64,000 bases of DNA, from contig CM060731.1 of NCBI GenBank assembly GCA_030704615.1, positions 34,410,001 to 34,474,000 on the forward strand, read 5' to 3'. The DNA is from Takakia lepidozioides (lineage: Eukaryota; Plantae; Bryophyta). Under the pieces are notes generated by a model. The model was not told the origin of the DNA and made no database searches. It saw nothing but the letters and a program-made list of their open reading frames with translations. Of the stretch, positions 37,479 to 46,729 are shown one piece after another (position 1 is the first letter of the stretch; the number at the start of each line of letters is the position of its first letter). Made by a program: the position numbers and the translations under genes.

Positions 37479-37841
37479 TGATAATGAAAGTGAACACAAT
37501 GGAAAGACTTCACTCTTGAATCCACTCAATCACATAAACTAAGTCAAGCCAAGGGCCCCCTTGCTAAGAGAATCCACCCTACAAAGCCCTCAACACACTC
37601 CCTCTCAATACCTAGAGCTATGGAGGTGAGAGAGGCTCATGGAGGCTCAACTACAAGAAGATGAGCCCTCCTCAACACTCACAAGGGGAAAATCCATCCC
37701 CATGTCCCAAGAGGTTTGATACCTCACTTGGCATGTGAGACCAATTGAAGTCCCAACACACAAAATACAAATATAAATATCCAAAATGTCCTAGTTACTA
37801 TAAGTATGTAATTCTAATTAACCATGACTAAAACCATGACA
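37479..37841. mobile_element. LTR-like segment (TG...CA) flanked by an 85-bp direct duplication
   Basis: Starts TGATAATG and ends CCATGACA. Flanked by near-identical 37391-37477 and 37845-37928. Confidence 0.5.
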
Positions 37842-37844
37842 GCC

Positions 37845-38350
37845 GTCGTGCACCTAAGCATCATGCCACAACATACATCGTTGTCCACCATACATTCTAA
37901 GCACACAATCCTAGAAAGCTATGCCACAATCGCCCTCTTAGCTGGTGCTTAGGTCCCTCTAACACCGGATAGCTGACAAATATCCATCTCAATAACATCA
38001 TCGCTTGGCCTTCAATTGCACATGTCCCAATTTTCTAAAGTATATGGATCAAGAGGCCGGGTGCAACGAGAGCCCCATCGTTGGTCGTCTGCTTGCAATC
38101 CATGATCTTCAATTGAGTATCCACGGCGTTGAGCTCCCACCAGCTAGACCTTGGATCACTTGTCAACCTCGCCACTACCATGCCCAACTACCTCTGTCCA
38201 AGGCATCGTGGACACAACCATTCTCCACTAGGAACCTCCTCAAGTGGCGGTGTCAAGCATCCAATGTGCCACCCCCTTGAGCATTTGTCACATACCAGCA
38301 TGGTTGCGGCACCACCAGCATGCCCACATAGCATGCAACACAATCCTGCA
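37845..38350 (-). mobile_element. 3' end of an LTR retrotransposon: PHD finger, polypurine tract and LTR start
   Basis: CMLCGHAGGAATMLVCDKCSRGWHIGCLTPPLEEVPSGEWLCPRC (C4HC3 PHD), then AGCTAAGAGGGCGAT directly before TGTGGCATAGC on the minus strand at 37928. Confidence 0.75.
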
Positions 38351-38529
38351 GGAGTGCAGCTACGTCGTGAGCCTAGCTGCGTGAGCCCAGGAGCTCGGCT
38401 CACGCTTTGCCCTCTAAGCGTGAGCCCAGGGGTTTAGTGGAGTAAGAAGCAGGCCACATACCCGAGTCCTCTGTTTAGAGAGGGTCCTATTGTCGTGGAA
38501 GCAGTTATAGCGCTTAAAAAAAGAGGTAT

Positions 38530-39600
38530 AGAAAACATGGAATGGTCATTGTGAAAGTTACTGAGGTTTTCTTATTGAAGAAGAGGTGAAAAAAAAGGCT
38601 GGGTGAGTCATCATGAATCTTACTTAGGGATTCTTGCATGAACAAGAGGCAAGAAAAGTTTGGATGCTCATTGTCAAGCTATCTGACGTTTCCACCTCTT
38701 CTTCTATAACAGAAACCTGAAGAAGTTTTACAATGATAGAGCTCAACTTTATTTTCACCTCTTCTTCACAAACAAACCCTAAATAAATGACCATCTGATT
38801 TCATTTTTAACCTCTTCTTCAATAACAGAAACCTGAACAAGTTTGACGATGATAGAGCTTAACTTTTTTTTTTACCTCTTCTTCACAAACAAACCCTATA
38901 TAAGCATTCATGATGACCATCTGATTTTTTTTTCACCTCTTCTTCAATAACAGAATCCTAAACAAGTTTCACAAGGATAGCTCAATGTTTTTTTTTTTTA
39001 CCTCTTCTTCACAAAGACATCCTAAATAAGCATTCATGATGACCATCTGGTTTTTTTTCACCTCTTCTTCAATAACAGAAACCTTAAGAAGTTTGACAAT
39101 GGTAGAGCTCAAGTTTTTTTTTCACCTCTTCTTCACAAACAATCCCTAATTTATTCCCTAAATAAGCATTCATGATGACCATCTGGTTTTTTTTTCACCT
39201 CTTCTTCTATAACAGAAACCTGAAGAAGTTTGACAATGATAGAGCTCAACTTTTTTTTCACCTCTTCTTCACAAACAAACCCTAAATAAATGACCATCTG
39301 ATTTCATTTTTAACCTCTTCTTCAATAACAGAAACATGAACAAGTTTGACAATCATAGAGCTTAACTTTTTTTTCTACCTCTTCTTCACAAAGACACCCT
39401 AAATAAGCAATCACAATGACCATGTGTTTTTTTTTCACCTCATCTTCAATAACACAAACCTGAACAAGTTCCACAATAAACTGCTCATTTTGTTACACAT
39501 CTTCTTCACAAACAAAGCCTAAATAAGCTTGAAGATGGTCATCTGTCAAATTTTCACCTCATCTACATTAATAAAAACCATTGCCTGTTTCACAATGAGT
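38530..39600. repeat. Satellite array of alternating ~60-bp A/B subunits, with a ~503-bp higher-order repeat and an orientation switch at about 38690
   Basis: About 15 copies of (T)nCACCTCTTCTT, followed alternately by CAATAACAGAAACC..TTTGACAATGATAGAGCTCAAC or CACAAACAAACCCTAAATAAGCATTCATGATGACCATCTG. 38530-38690 is in the opposite orientation. Confidence 0.92.
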
Positions 39601-40040
39601 GGTCATATTTTGGGGCCTGTTCTTGCCCATCCTCATTATTTTAATCCTGTCCTTCAATATTTCATCCATCCATCATTCATCCACCATGGATGAATTAGCT
39701 TTAAGCTGGTTGTATTATAGGTACTTTCTATAGTCACCACCTACTTTTAATCTTAAGGTCCAAGCTAGGCAAGGGCCGCTCCTTCTAGCCTGGTGAATCC
39801 TAAGTAGAGGAGCTAGATCCGAAAGTGTGAGCATGCAATCCGGAGGGAACATGTCCGAAATTTTGACAAGCATCATATTGTGGAGAAAATTGGGTGAGGT
39901 AGGTCTAATGTTGTGCCATGCTTTCCAAATGGCCGTCCAAGCTTGGGTGGGAGCCCTGGTTGGAGGAAAGATTATGCTTCCCTCCCTGAATGAGCCAACG
40001 CAGGGAAGGTTTCCAGTCCTCGGAGGAGAAAAGTTTGGAA

Positions 40041-40639
40041 TAGTGTTGGACTGGTATCAAGTTTTGCCCAGTAGGTTCCTGGTAGGAAGAAATTTATGGT
40101 AGGTTGTTAATAATGTTTTTCTTTTAAATTTTGGTACCAGACTAGTATCAACAATATTGCACTTCATGAAAAATTGGAGGTCTGATATCAACAATGGTCC
40201 TCGAGAATATTCTTGCAAAATATCAACAACGGTTATCAATACTTGAATTGCATAAACCCTGTCACTTTTGTAAGCTCCTTGAAGCGCCAATCTGCAGATC
40301 ACCAGGAAGCTCAACATGTTGTTGCCTATCTTCAATGCCTAGTTTCAAATCTACAGTGCATGGCAATGCTAATCCTACCATATCTGCTGTGGTTGCTACA
40401 ATATCCCCTCCCACATTGATACCAAGAAGCTCCTACCAGGAGTTGCAACATAACTGCAAACACGGTAACGACACGGGTCCTATTGCCGTAAGCCGAGGCG
40501 GGGGTTCCTGCCAATCACTCTTGCAAGCCCTAACCGTCGGGCCCGTTCTACATAGAATGTTCAACTTTCAAGAACCAGCTAACCTGGGTTGTTACCTGGG
40601 TTAATAACCGGGTCGATCCTCGATACCAGTCCAACACTG
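40041..40639. mobile_element. Non-autonomous hAT element (599 bp)
   Basis: 18-bp TIRs TAGTGTTGGACTGGTATC / GATACCAGTCCAACACTG and 8-bp TSD GTTTGGAA at 40033-40040 and 40640-40647. Confidence 0.92.
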
Positions 40640-40695
40640 GTTTGGAATGAGCGATATAAGGCCTGAGTAATAGTGACCACGGGGAAGATGAGACC

Positions 40696-40891
40696 ATTTG
40701 CACACTTGTTTGCAGGGATTTTTGTGATATGTAGAAGTTTGTCCTAGAGATTGAACAAGTTATAGTGTGGAGAGTCTGTTATGAGAGGGCGACAGGGTCT
40801 ATGGTTGCTCTGTTGATTCTAACCTGTCCGAATCGGAAAACTAGGGTCAGAAGCAAAGATATAACATGTAACCATCCCACTCCGGGGTTAT
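40696..40891 (+). repeat. Copy 1 of a ~195-bp diverged direct repeat (copy 2 at about 43473-43670)
   Basis: Shared ATTTGCACAC...AAGTTATAGTGTGGAGAGTCTGTT...GGGTCAGAAGCAAAG...CATGTAACCATCCCA..GGGGTTAT. Confidence 0.88.
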
Positions 40892-42009
40892 GGACTAGGT
40901 AATCAATGAGGGCTGGCCGGTTACAGGTAATAGCCGAGCCGCGTTAGCGGCGAGTCTATTACCGGTAACCGGTCAGCTCGAGCTGGCTACCAGACATAGC
41001 CAACAATCAGGAGCATCGAGCTGACTGGCTAATGACCGACGTAACCAGTTACATGGGAGGTACCAGCTTGGGGTTGGGAGGTAAGTAGGTATGTTGGTTC
41101 CTCTCTTTCTCTTTAGAATTCGTGTTTATGTTTTGTTTATTTCATTTTGTTGTTTCTAGTGCGCATTTGAGCGAGTTTTAGATTCTCAAATGAGGGTTAT
41201 GCAGTAGCTCTCAGACGGACATTCGTAGAAGCAGTCGAGTGCCTAAAACAAAGAGAAGCTATGATTCTAGTTCCAATAGTGAGAGGCCTCTTTTTAATCT
41301 CTTGCCGCTGTCGCAATTGTCACCTGTTTCTTTTGTTAAGAAGCGCAGAACTAAGAAGAAGCAGGGTGATGGGAATAAAGTGAAGAAGGTGTTACGTATT
41401 GATTCTCCGCTCTGTCCTATGCATGATAAATATGTCGAAGATATATTGATCGACTCGTCAACTGTGGCTAATGATCTTGAATTACTTTGATCAATTATGA
41501 TATAAGCCTACTGAGTTGCAGAGTGCTATAGATTGTGAGTAGGATCTTGTAATTGAGGTTGTAATTTCCGCTGAATTGAATAATGCTGTAGATGGTGATT
41601 CATATCTTAAAGCTGAAACTGCTCTCGTGGAAACTGACATTTCTATCAACAATGTTGATACAAATATTGTCGTGGTTTTTACTGTCAGTATCCTTGAGAG
41701 TTTGATTGTTGCTGTTGATTTTTTTGTCAATAATTTTGGTGCTGCTATTGTCTATGATGTTCTTACTCAGAACAATGCCGTTATTTTGGATGTTCCTGTT
41801 CTTGATTTGGGAAATGTAATTGTACCTCCAGTAGTAGCATCTGGATGATCTGATGTACGTACTAGTGTAGCTCTGGTACCCGATATTTCTCTGCTCATTC
41901 GTTCAGATATTGTAGTTCCTACTCCAAGAAATGCAATTGAGCACCCAGTAGTAGCTTATGGATCTAGCAGTCGTTCAGGCAATTTGGTTGTACCTCCTAT
42001 TCTGGGTTT

Positions 42010-42350
42010 CCTACATTTTGACAAGGATGAGTTTGATAGATTGATGAAAAACACATAAATCCTAGTGCCAAGAACGAAGCGTGGGCTAGGAATCGTTTTA
42101 ATACGTGGAGGAAGATGATGAGTATTGATGACAATATTCCTATCAAAGAATTGCCGCTGTCAGAAGTTGCTGATATGCTCTATGAGTTCTTCATGGTCGT
42201 TTGCAAACAAGGTGGCACACGATATCCCGTTGCATCTTTGATGAACATCTACATGTAGTTCAACCAATTGCTTGTGCGTATTTAGGAAGATTGGGTTTGC
42301 GTTTATCTCGTTAATGAGCCCAGGTTCAAGATAACAAAGCATCCGCTTGA
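42010..42350 (+). pseudogene. N-terminal (core-binding) region of a Crypton/DUF3504-like tyrosine recombinase
   Basis: NPSAKNEAWARNRFNTWRKMMSIDDNIPIKELPLSEVADMLYEFFMVVCKQGGTRYPVASLMNIYM*FNQLL fits the W..F..W...L..F...K..G..YP..SL....N..L pattern. Two in-frame stops; catalytic domain absent. Confidence 0.7.
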
Positions 42351-42633
42351 TTGTCATGAAAGACCTCTTTCACTCTAGTGGAGCAGATGTGCGCCATTGA
42401 AAACGTTTCATGGTTTGCTGGATTTTTCATGATTCGGTGTAGTGCTGAGATAGACGCTATTGAAAATGTTTCATATTTTTGCAAAAGGAAATAAAATTTG
42501 AGCTCGAATTTGCCTATTTTCATGTACATTTTAATCTGTATTTTGAATGTTAAATTTTATTCTAGTAGATGATTATGTAGAAATAAGCGGGAGATAATAT
42601 GATGAAATCGTCAAGTTCGATGAAGTGGTGTTA

Positions 42634-43033
42634 GAGCCGGGTTCCATAGGCAGCTGCAAGAGCCCCCCCATAAATCGCCCCGGGATTAAGGAGTCGCTAT
42701 TGGACGAAATAGGATATTCCCTAAGGGGCGCAAAAAAGCCGTCGGACGGATTTCGTGGCGCCCCTATCTGATAGCTTTGTATTTTCCTAGGGGCCGCAGC
42801 CTTACAAAAAATTATTTCTTTCCATCCAAACTAAGTTAGATTTTAAGAGAATGATTTTTGACATTTCATCCAAAACCTATATTAATGGGCCATTTACTAT
42901 GTCATGGGCCCACAACAATTGGTGCCAAAGACTTTTAGAGGGGTGAGTGGAAAGGTGTCCATGGAACCATCCCCTTTTTAAGGGACGATTCCTTCTTGGG
43001 GGCGCGCTTGGGAGTGCCCATGGAACCCAGCCC
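42634..43033. mobile_element. PIF/Harbinger (Tourist-like) MITE, 400 bp, nested in the Crypton-like element
   Basis: Imperfect TIRs GAGCCGGGTTCCATAGGCA / TGCCCATGGAACCCAGCCC and TTA TSD at 42631-42633 and 43034-43036. Confidence 0.82.
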
Positions 43034-43235
43034 TTAATGTAATTTTATTGAATATAAAGAAGAAACGAACTCTCTCCATATACAGGTCCGTCTACGGATG
43101 ATTTCATCCATTTACTGAACGGGTATGGGACAGGAAGGTCGAAAAACACCCTAGTAGGCAGCAAAATACGGGATATAACCAACGTTCTCTTGTCCAATGA
43201 GATCGAGCCACGTCAGCAAGACGCTCCCCACGACT

Positions 43236-43426
43236 GGCTATGGACTAGGTAGCGGGGGAGTTGACCGGCTAGGGGGGTGTAGCTGGTCAAGCCTCCCCGT
43301 CTACCGGACATAACCGTGGTTTCTGGACGTATTGGCTGGCGGTGGTGGGCTACGGCGGGTGATAGGTCTGTCCAGGACTAATCAAACGCCGCCACGTAGG
43401 GAAAATGCCTCCAAACCTCGGTTATG
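43236..43426 (+). mobile_element. Miniature (~190 bp) non-autonomous relative of the Crypton-like element, in tandem
   Basis: Starts TATGGACTAGGTA like the large element, has a hairpin GGGGAGTTGACCGGCTA/TAGCTGGTCAAGCCTCCCC followed by CTACCGGACATAACC, and ends GGTTATG (43420-43426). Confidence 0.62.
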
Positions 43427-44509
43427 ATTTTCAAGGCAATGAGTTGTTGGATGACAATAATCCCAATTGGAGATTTGCACACTCATTTGCACGGATTTTT
43501 TGTGAAATGTGGAAGTTTATCCCAGAGGTTGAAGAAGTTATAGTGTGGAGAGTCTGTTCTGAGAGGGAGACAGAGTCTGTGGTTGCTCTGTTGAATCTAA
43601 CCTGCCTCAAGTGGAAAACTTGGGTCAGAAGCAAAGGATGTAGCATGTAACCATCCCAGTCAGGGGTTATATTGTCCTAATTCTTTATTGCTGTGTAGGC
43701 ATATCATGAGGATTACAGGTTAGTTTGGAACAAAAGAACATGGTCGCTGTCATGGAGGCTGTCTCAAATTGGTATTCCACTGAGCACCAGTCAAGTGGAC
43801 TCCAGTAGTCTTTTGCACACAAGAAAGATGACTTTGCAAGCCCAAAACACCAAAAGGTAGGCAGCCATGAAAACTGCTGTGACAAAGCTGGAGAAACGAA
43901 GAGACGTGTGCCCAGAGCAGAAGCCTTCAGAAGTGCTAGGTAGAAATGGTTAACCTGGAAAACAGCAGGAGCTTGGTACACAGATGAGTCACCTGCAGTA
44001 TGACAAGATCTGTGGGAAAATGCTTCTCAAAACTAGGCTACACTAGTTGATTTTCCGTTGCAAATGCTTGAGAAGATGGGCCACACAATAACAAGGAACT
44101 GAGTGACTGCTCAACAAAGTGAACGACATCCTAAATTCAAGACTCTGTCCCACAAAGCAAATTTTCAGAAACGACAGTTTCTGTAAGGCCTGTGTGTAGC
44201 AATCCCACACCTACTTGAGATGAGCTGCGGGGAGAGGACGACAGCAAGCACATTGAAGACAGAGAACAAAGGGATATAGAAGGAGAGAAAGAAGTAGCTT
44301 TGAATTGTTGCAGAGAGACTAGAATTGTCCAAGCTGCAATGAATAAGGCTGTCAAGGCACTCTTTGTGAAGAAAAGCCCCTCAAGCTGATCTTTCCAACT
44401 ATTACAACCATACTCCAACTATACATGTCAAAGAATTTGCTAATATAAATCTTTCATGAGGTGTAACTATTGGGAAATACATGATCACAAGTCCCCTCTT
44501 TGTTGACAG

Positions 44510-45742
44510 TCAGAGAAATTGGAACATTCTCTGCAGTTCCGCAATGGCATGCAAATCAGCTCCTCTGGAAATAGGTGGAAAGAATAGCCAAGCGGCTGTA
44601 AGAAAAGTGAACCCCAGGGTAAGCAACCGTCTGCACGCCTTTGGAATCCTTGTTTTTGGACCATGAGTCTTCCAGGCTGCCTCGAGTCCAGTAGCAAGAC
44701 CATGGAGAATGAAGAATGCGGTCATCTCACCTGTCACTTGCGAAGTTACGTAGTACACAGCAAGCTCATGAGCTATGCCCGAGACAAAAAAAGTTGCGAG
44801 CATCGCCCAGAACTTCGCCTCAACGCTTGGCCGTACTTCGTCAATTGGATGTTGGGTTTGATCTAGAGTCCTCTCAACTGAGTTACTCCGCCTTATTTGT
44901 GTCGATGCACTTTCAGCACCACTAGCTGTGGGAGCTCCATCACCTGCCTTGATTTCTCTGCGTGACTGCAATTCGGCTGGGGTAGGGGATTTCGTTCTCG
45001 CTTTGATAGTAAGTGCAGCCAGGACTGGCTTATACACGACTTCTCGCAATGCATTACTCACAAGAAGGTTCCATCTTCGAGCCCAAAACTCCTCTAATGA
45101 TGCTGCTGCAAATGGGTTGTCGAAGTGTGGTTCCAACCTGACTCCGAACAGAGAATTGGCTATGGCGGCCAGTGTCTCCAAAACAAATGTCGCAAAGAGA
45201 TAGAGCTGAATTGAATAGAGAGCATACATGACAATCTGTGGCAGGGAATCTCGGAAGGGAATGATCACACGGAACAGTACCACTGCCAGTACCATAAGTT
45301 TCAAGGTCGAGCGCAGCAGCAGCATGGACAAAGTCTCATCTTCCATAACATGTTGCATCCATGATCTGCTTAGGTGCACATGCTTCACCACTCCGTCTCT
45401 CCTGACGTGTGAAGGGAAGCTCATAACAGCGGCAAATCGCCAAAAGGATGATGACACCCATGGGTCATATGCTGGACCCCGGCCCCAACACAGCAGCACC
45501 ACCTTGAAGGACCCCAACCATGTGAAGATGCAGAAATAAAGTGCCACCCCGATTATATGTGTCTCCCTGTTGAAAACTAAGGGCAGAAATGTGTAGGCCA
45601 GAAAGACAGGCGAACATGCCAGCAGCCGAGTGGCTCCAGGAGAGAGACATCGCACATACCAGTAACAGTAAGCTGCTACTGTCCAGCTCACAAACAGACC
45701 CACCGCCGTCCCTCCTCCCCACCCGACCTCCATGCCTCGCAT
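44510..45742 (-). CDS. MBOAT long-chain-alcohol O-fatty-acyltransferase (wax synthase/ASAT1-like), intronless
   Basis: 410-aa hydrophobic ORF with TWLGSFK, LEPHFDNPFAAASLEEFWARRWNL, ATFFVSGIAHEL (catalytic His) and TGEMTAFFILHG. Confidence 0.95.
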   Translation of the reverse strand: MRGMEVGWGGGTAVGLFVSWTVAAYCYWYVRCLSPGATRLLACSPVFLAYTFLPLVFNRETHIIGVALYFCIFTWLGSFKVVLLCWGRGPAYDPWVSSSFWRFAAVMSFPSHVRRDGVVKHVHLSRSWMQHVMEDETLSMLLLRSTLKLMVLAVVLFRVIIPFRDSLPQIVMYALYSIQLYLFATFVLETLAAIANSLFGVRLEPHFDNPFAAASLEEFWARRWNLLVSNALREVVYKPVLAALTIKARTKSPTPAELQSRREIKAGDGAPTASGAESASTQIRRSNSVERTLDQTQHPIDEVRPSVEAKFWAMLATFFVSGIAHELAVYYVTSQVTGEMTAFFILHGLATGLEAAWKTHGPKTRIPKACRRLLTLGFTFLTAAWLFFPPISRGADLHAIAELQRMFQFL

Positions 45743-46729
45743 ATCAATTCCTCCTTGCTCAAACTACAAGAGACGAACTCCAACACACTCTGTACGCACT
45801 GCTATCACAACCCAAGGTTGAATCCCCATTTGAATATACCTCAAAAATGAGTGATGCAAATTCCTCACAGCTGCTCAATTGTCTCCAATGGACTTCCGCC
45901 CAATTGCCCCCGTTGAGCGAATGATAACTCCAGTCCACACCCACAACTTCAGACTGGAGCCAGCAGCTTTAGCTCATCACCTCCGACATGCTCGGCCACC
46001 AGATTTCCGAACAGACTCACAAGATCGTCAAACACCGAGACTTTCAATTCGAGCCAAGGTGACTGCATCAATCCCATTCCTTGTTCTCCTCATCACGCTA
46101 ATCTCTCATACTAGAGGGCCCCGGCTCGAATCTGAGATCAGACCACAGCCCAAGACGTTTCTCCAGGTCATTGTCCTGGACTAGCAAACTATTTTCTCTT
46201 AAAATCTTTCAACTTCAATCTGGTTTGCTTATCCCTTGTGGGGTAGCTCAGAGTTCGGAGGGAGGCCAGATTCAACGTCTCGGACCCTCTGATCTCTCTC
46301 ACACCATCTTAGTGAAATTTGAGGACGGGAATTTCGAACTTTTGCTTATGAAACGTAGCGTTCACCATGAGCCCTTGAAATCCCAGGGGTGTTTGTTACT
46401 AGAGTCATCTGCCTGCCCCACTTTTGGATTTTGATTTCTCCTTTACACATTCAAGTGAAGGAATGCAGTGCTCTGTGCTGTGAGCGCACTTGCTCTAAAA
46501 TGCGCGGACTCATTGGCACACTGTTTGCCATGTTTCTTCAGATGCTAGAAGAGGTCTGCTGTTGTAGTACATCTCCCGGTCAATAAAACACGAGATTCTT
46601 ACGAAGGATTTCACGCTTTCGAGCATGGAATCAACTCTGCGGAGCTCGAATTATAGCTGTCTGTGGCGGAAAGTATCTGAAAGAAAAATTTAGGGCTGCA
46701 GATAGACACCGGGGATGTGGCGATGAAGG

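Larger units (their letters stand above)
40886..43242 (+). mobile_element. Crypton-like (tyrosine recombinase/DUF3504-type) element, internally deleted
   Basis: Bounded by GGTTATG(G) at 40886 and GGCTATG(G) at 43236, with a 5' hairpin at 40910-40980 and a decayed recombinase-like ORF at about 42058-42350. No TIRs. Confidence 0.68.

Noticed and set aside
38690-39600. Repeat-spacer array resembling CRISPR
   Set aside because: The intervening sequences alternate between two recurring types rather than being unique. It is a satellite.
39820-40040. LINE ORF2 remnant on the minus strand (AWTAIWKAWHNIRP)
   Set aside because: Only one short suggestive motif and no RT core visible. Not enough to annotate.
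40696-43670. The ~195-bp direct repeats as the LTR pair of a retroelement
   Set aside because: No TG...CA ends, PBS or PPT. Better explained as an old tandem duplication split by the Crypton-like insertions.
45743-46729. Bidirectional promoter linking MBOAT and SMG7 functionally
   Set aside because: Head-to-head spacing of about 1 kb is common in compact genomes, and no specific element was identified.
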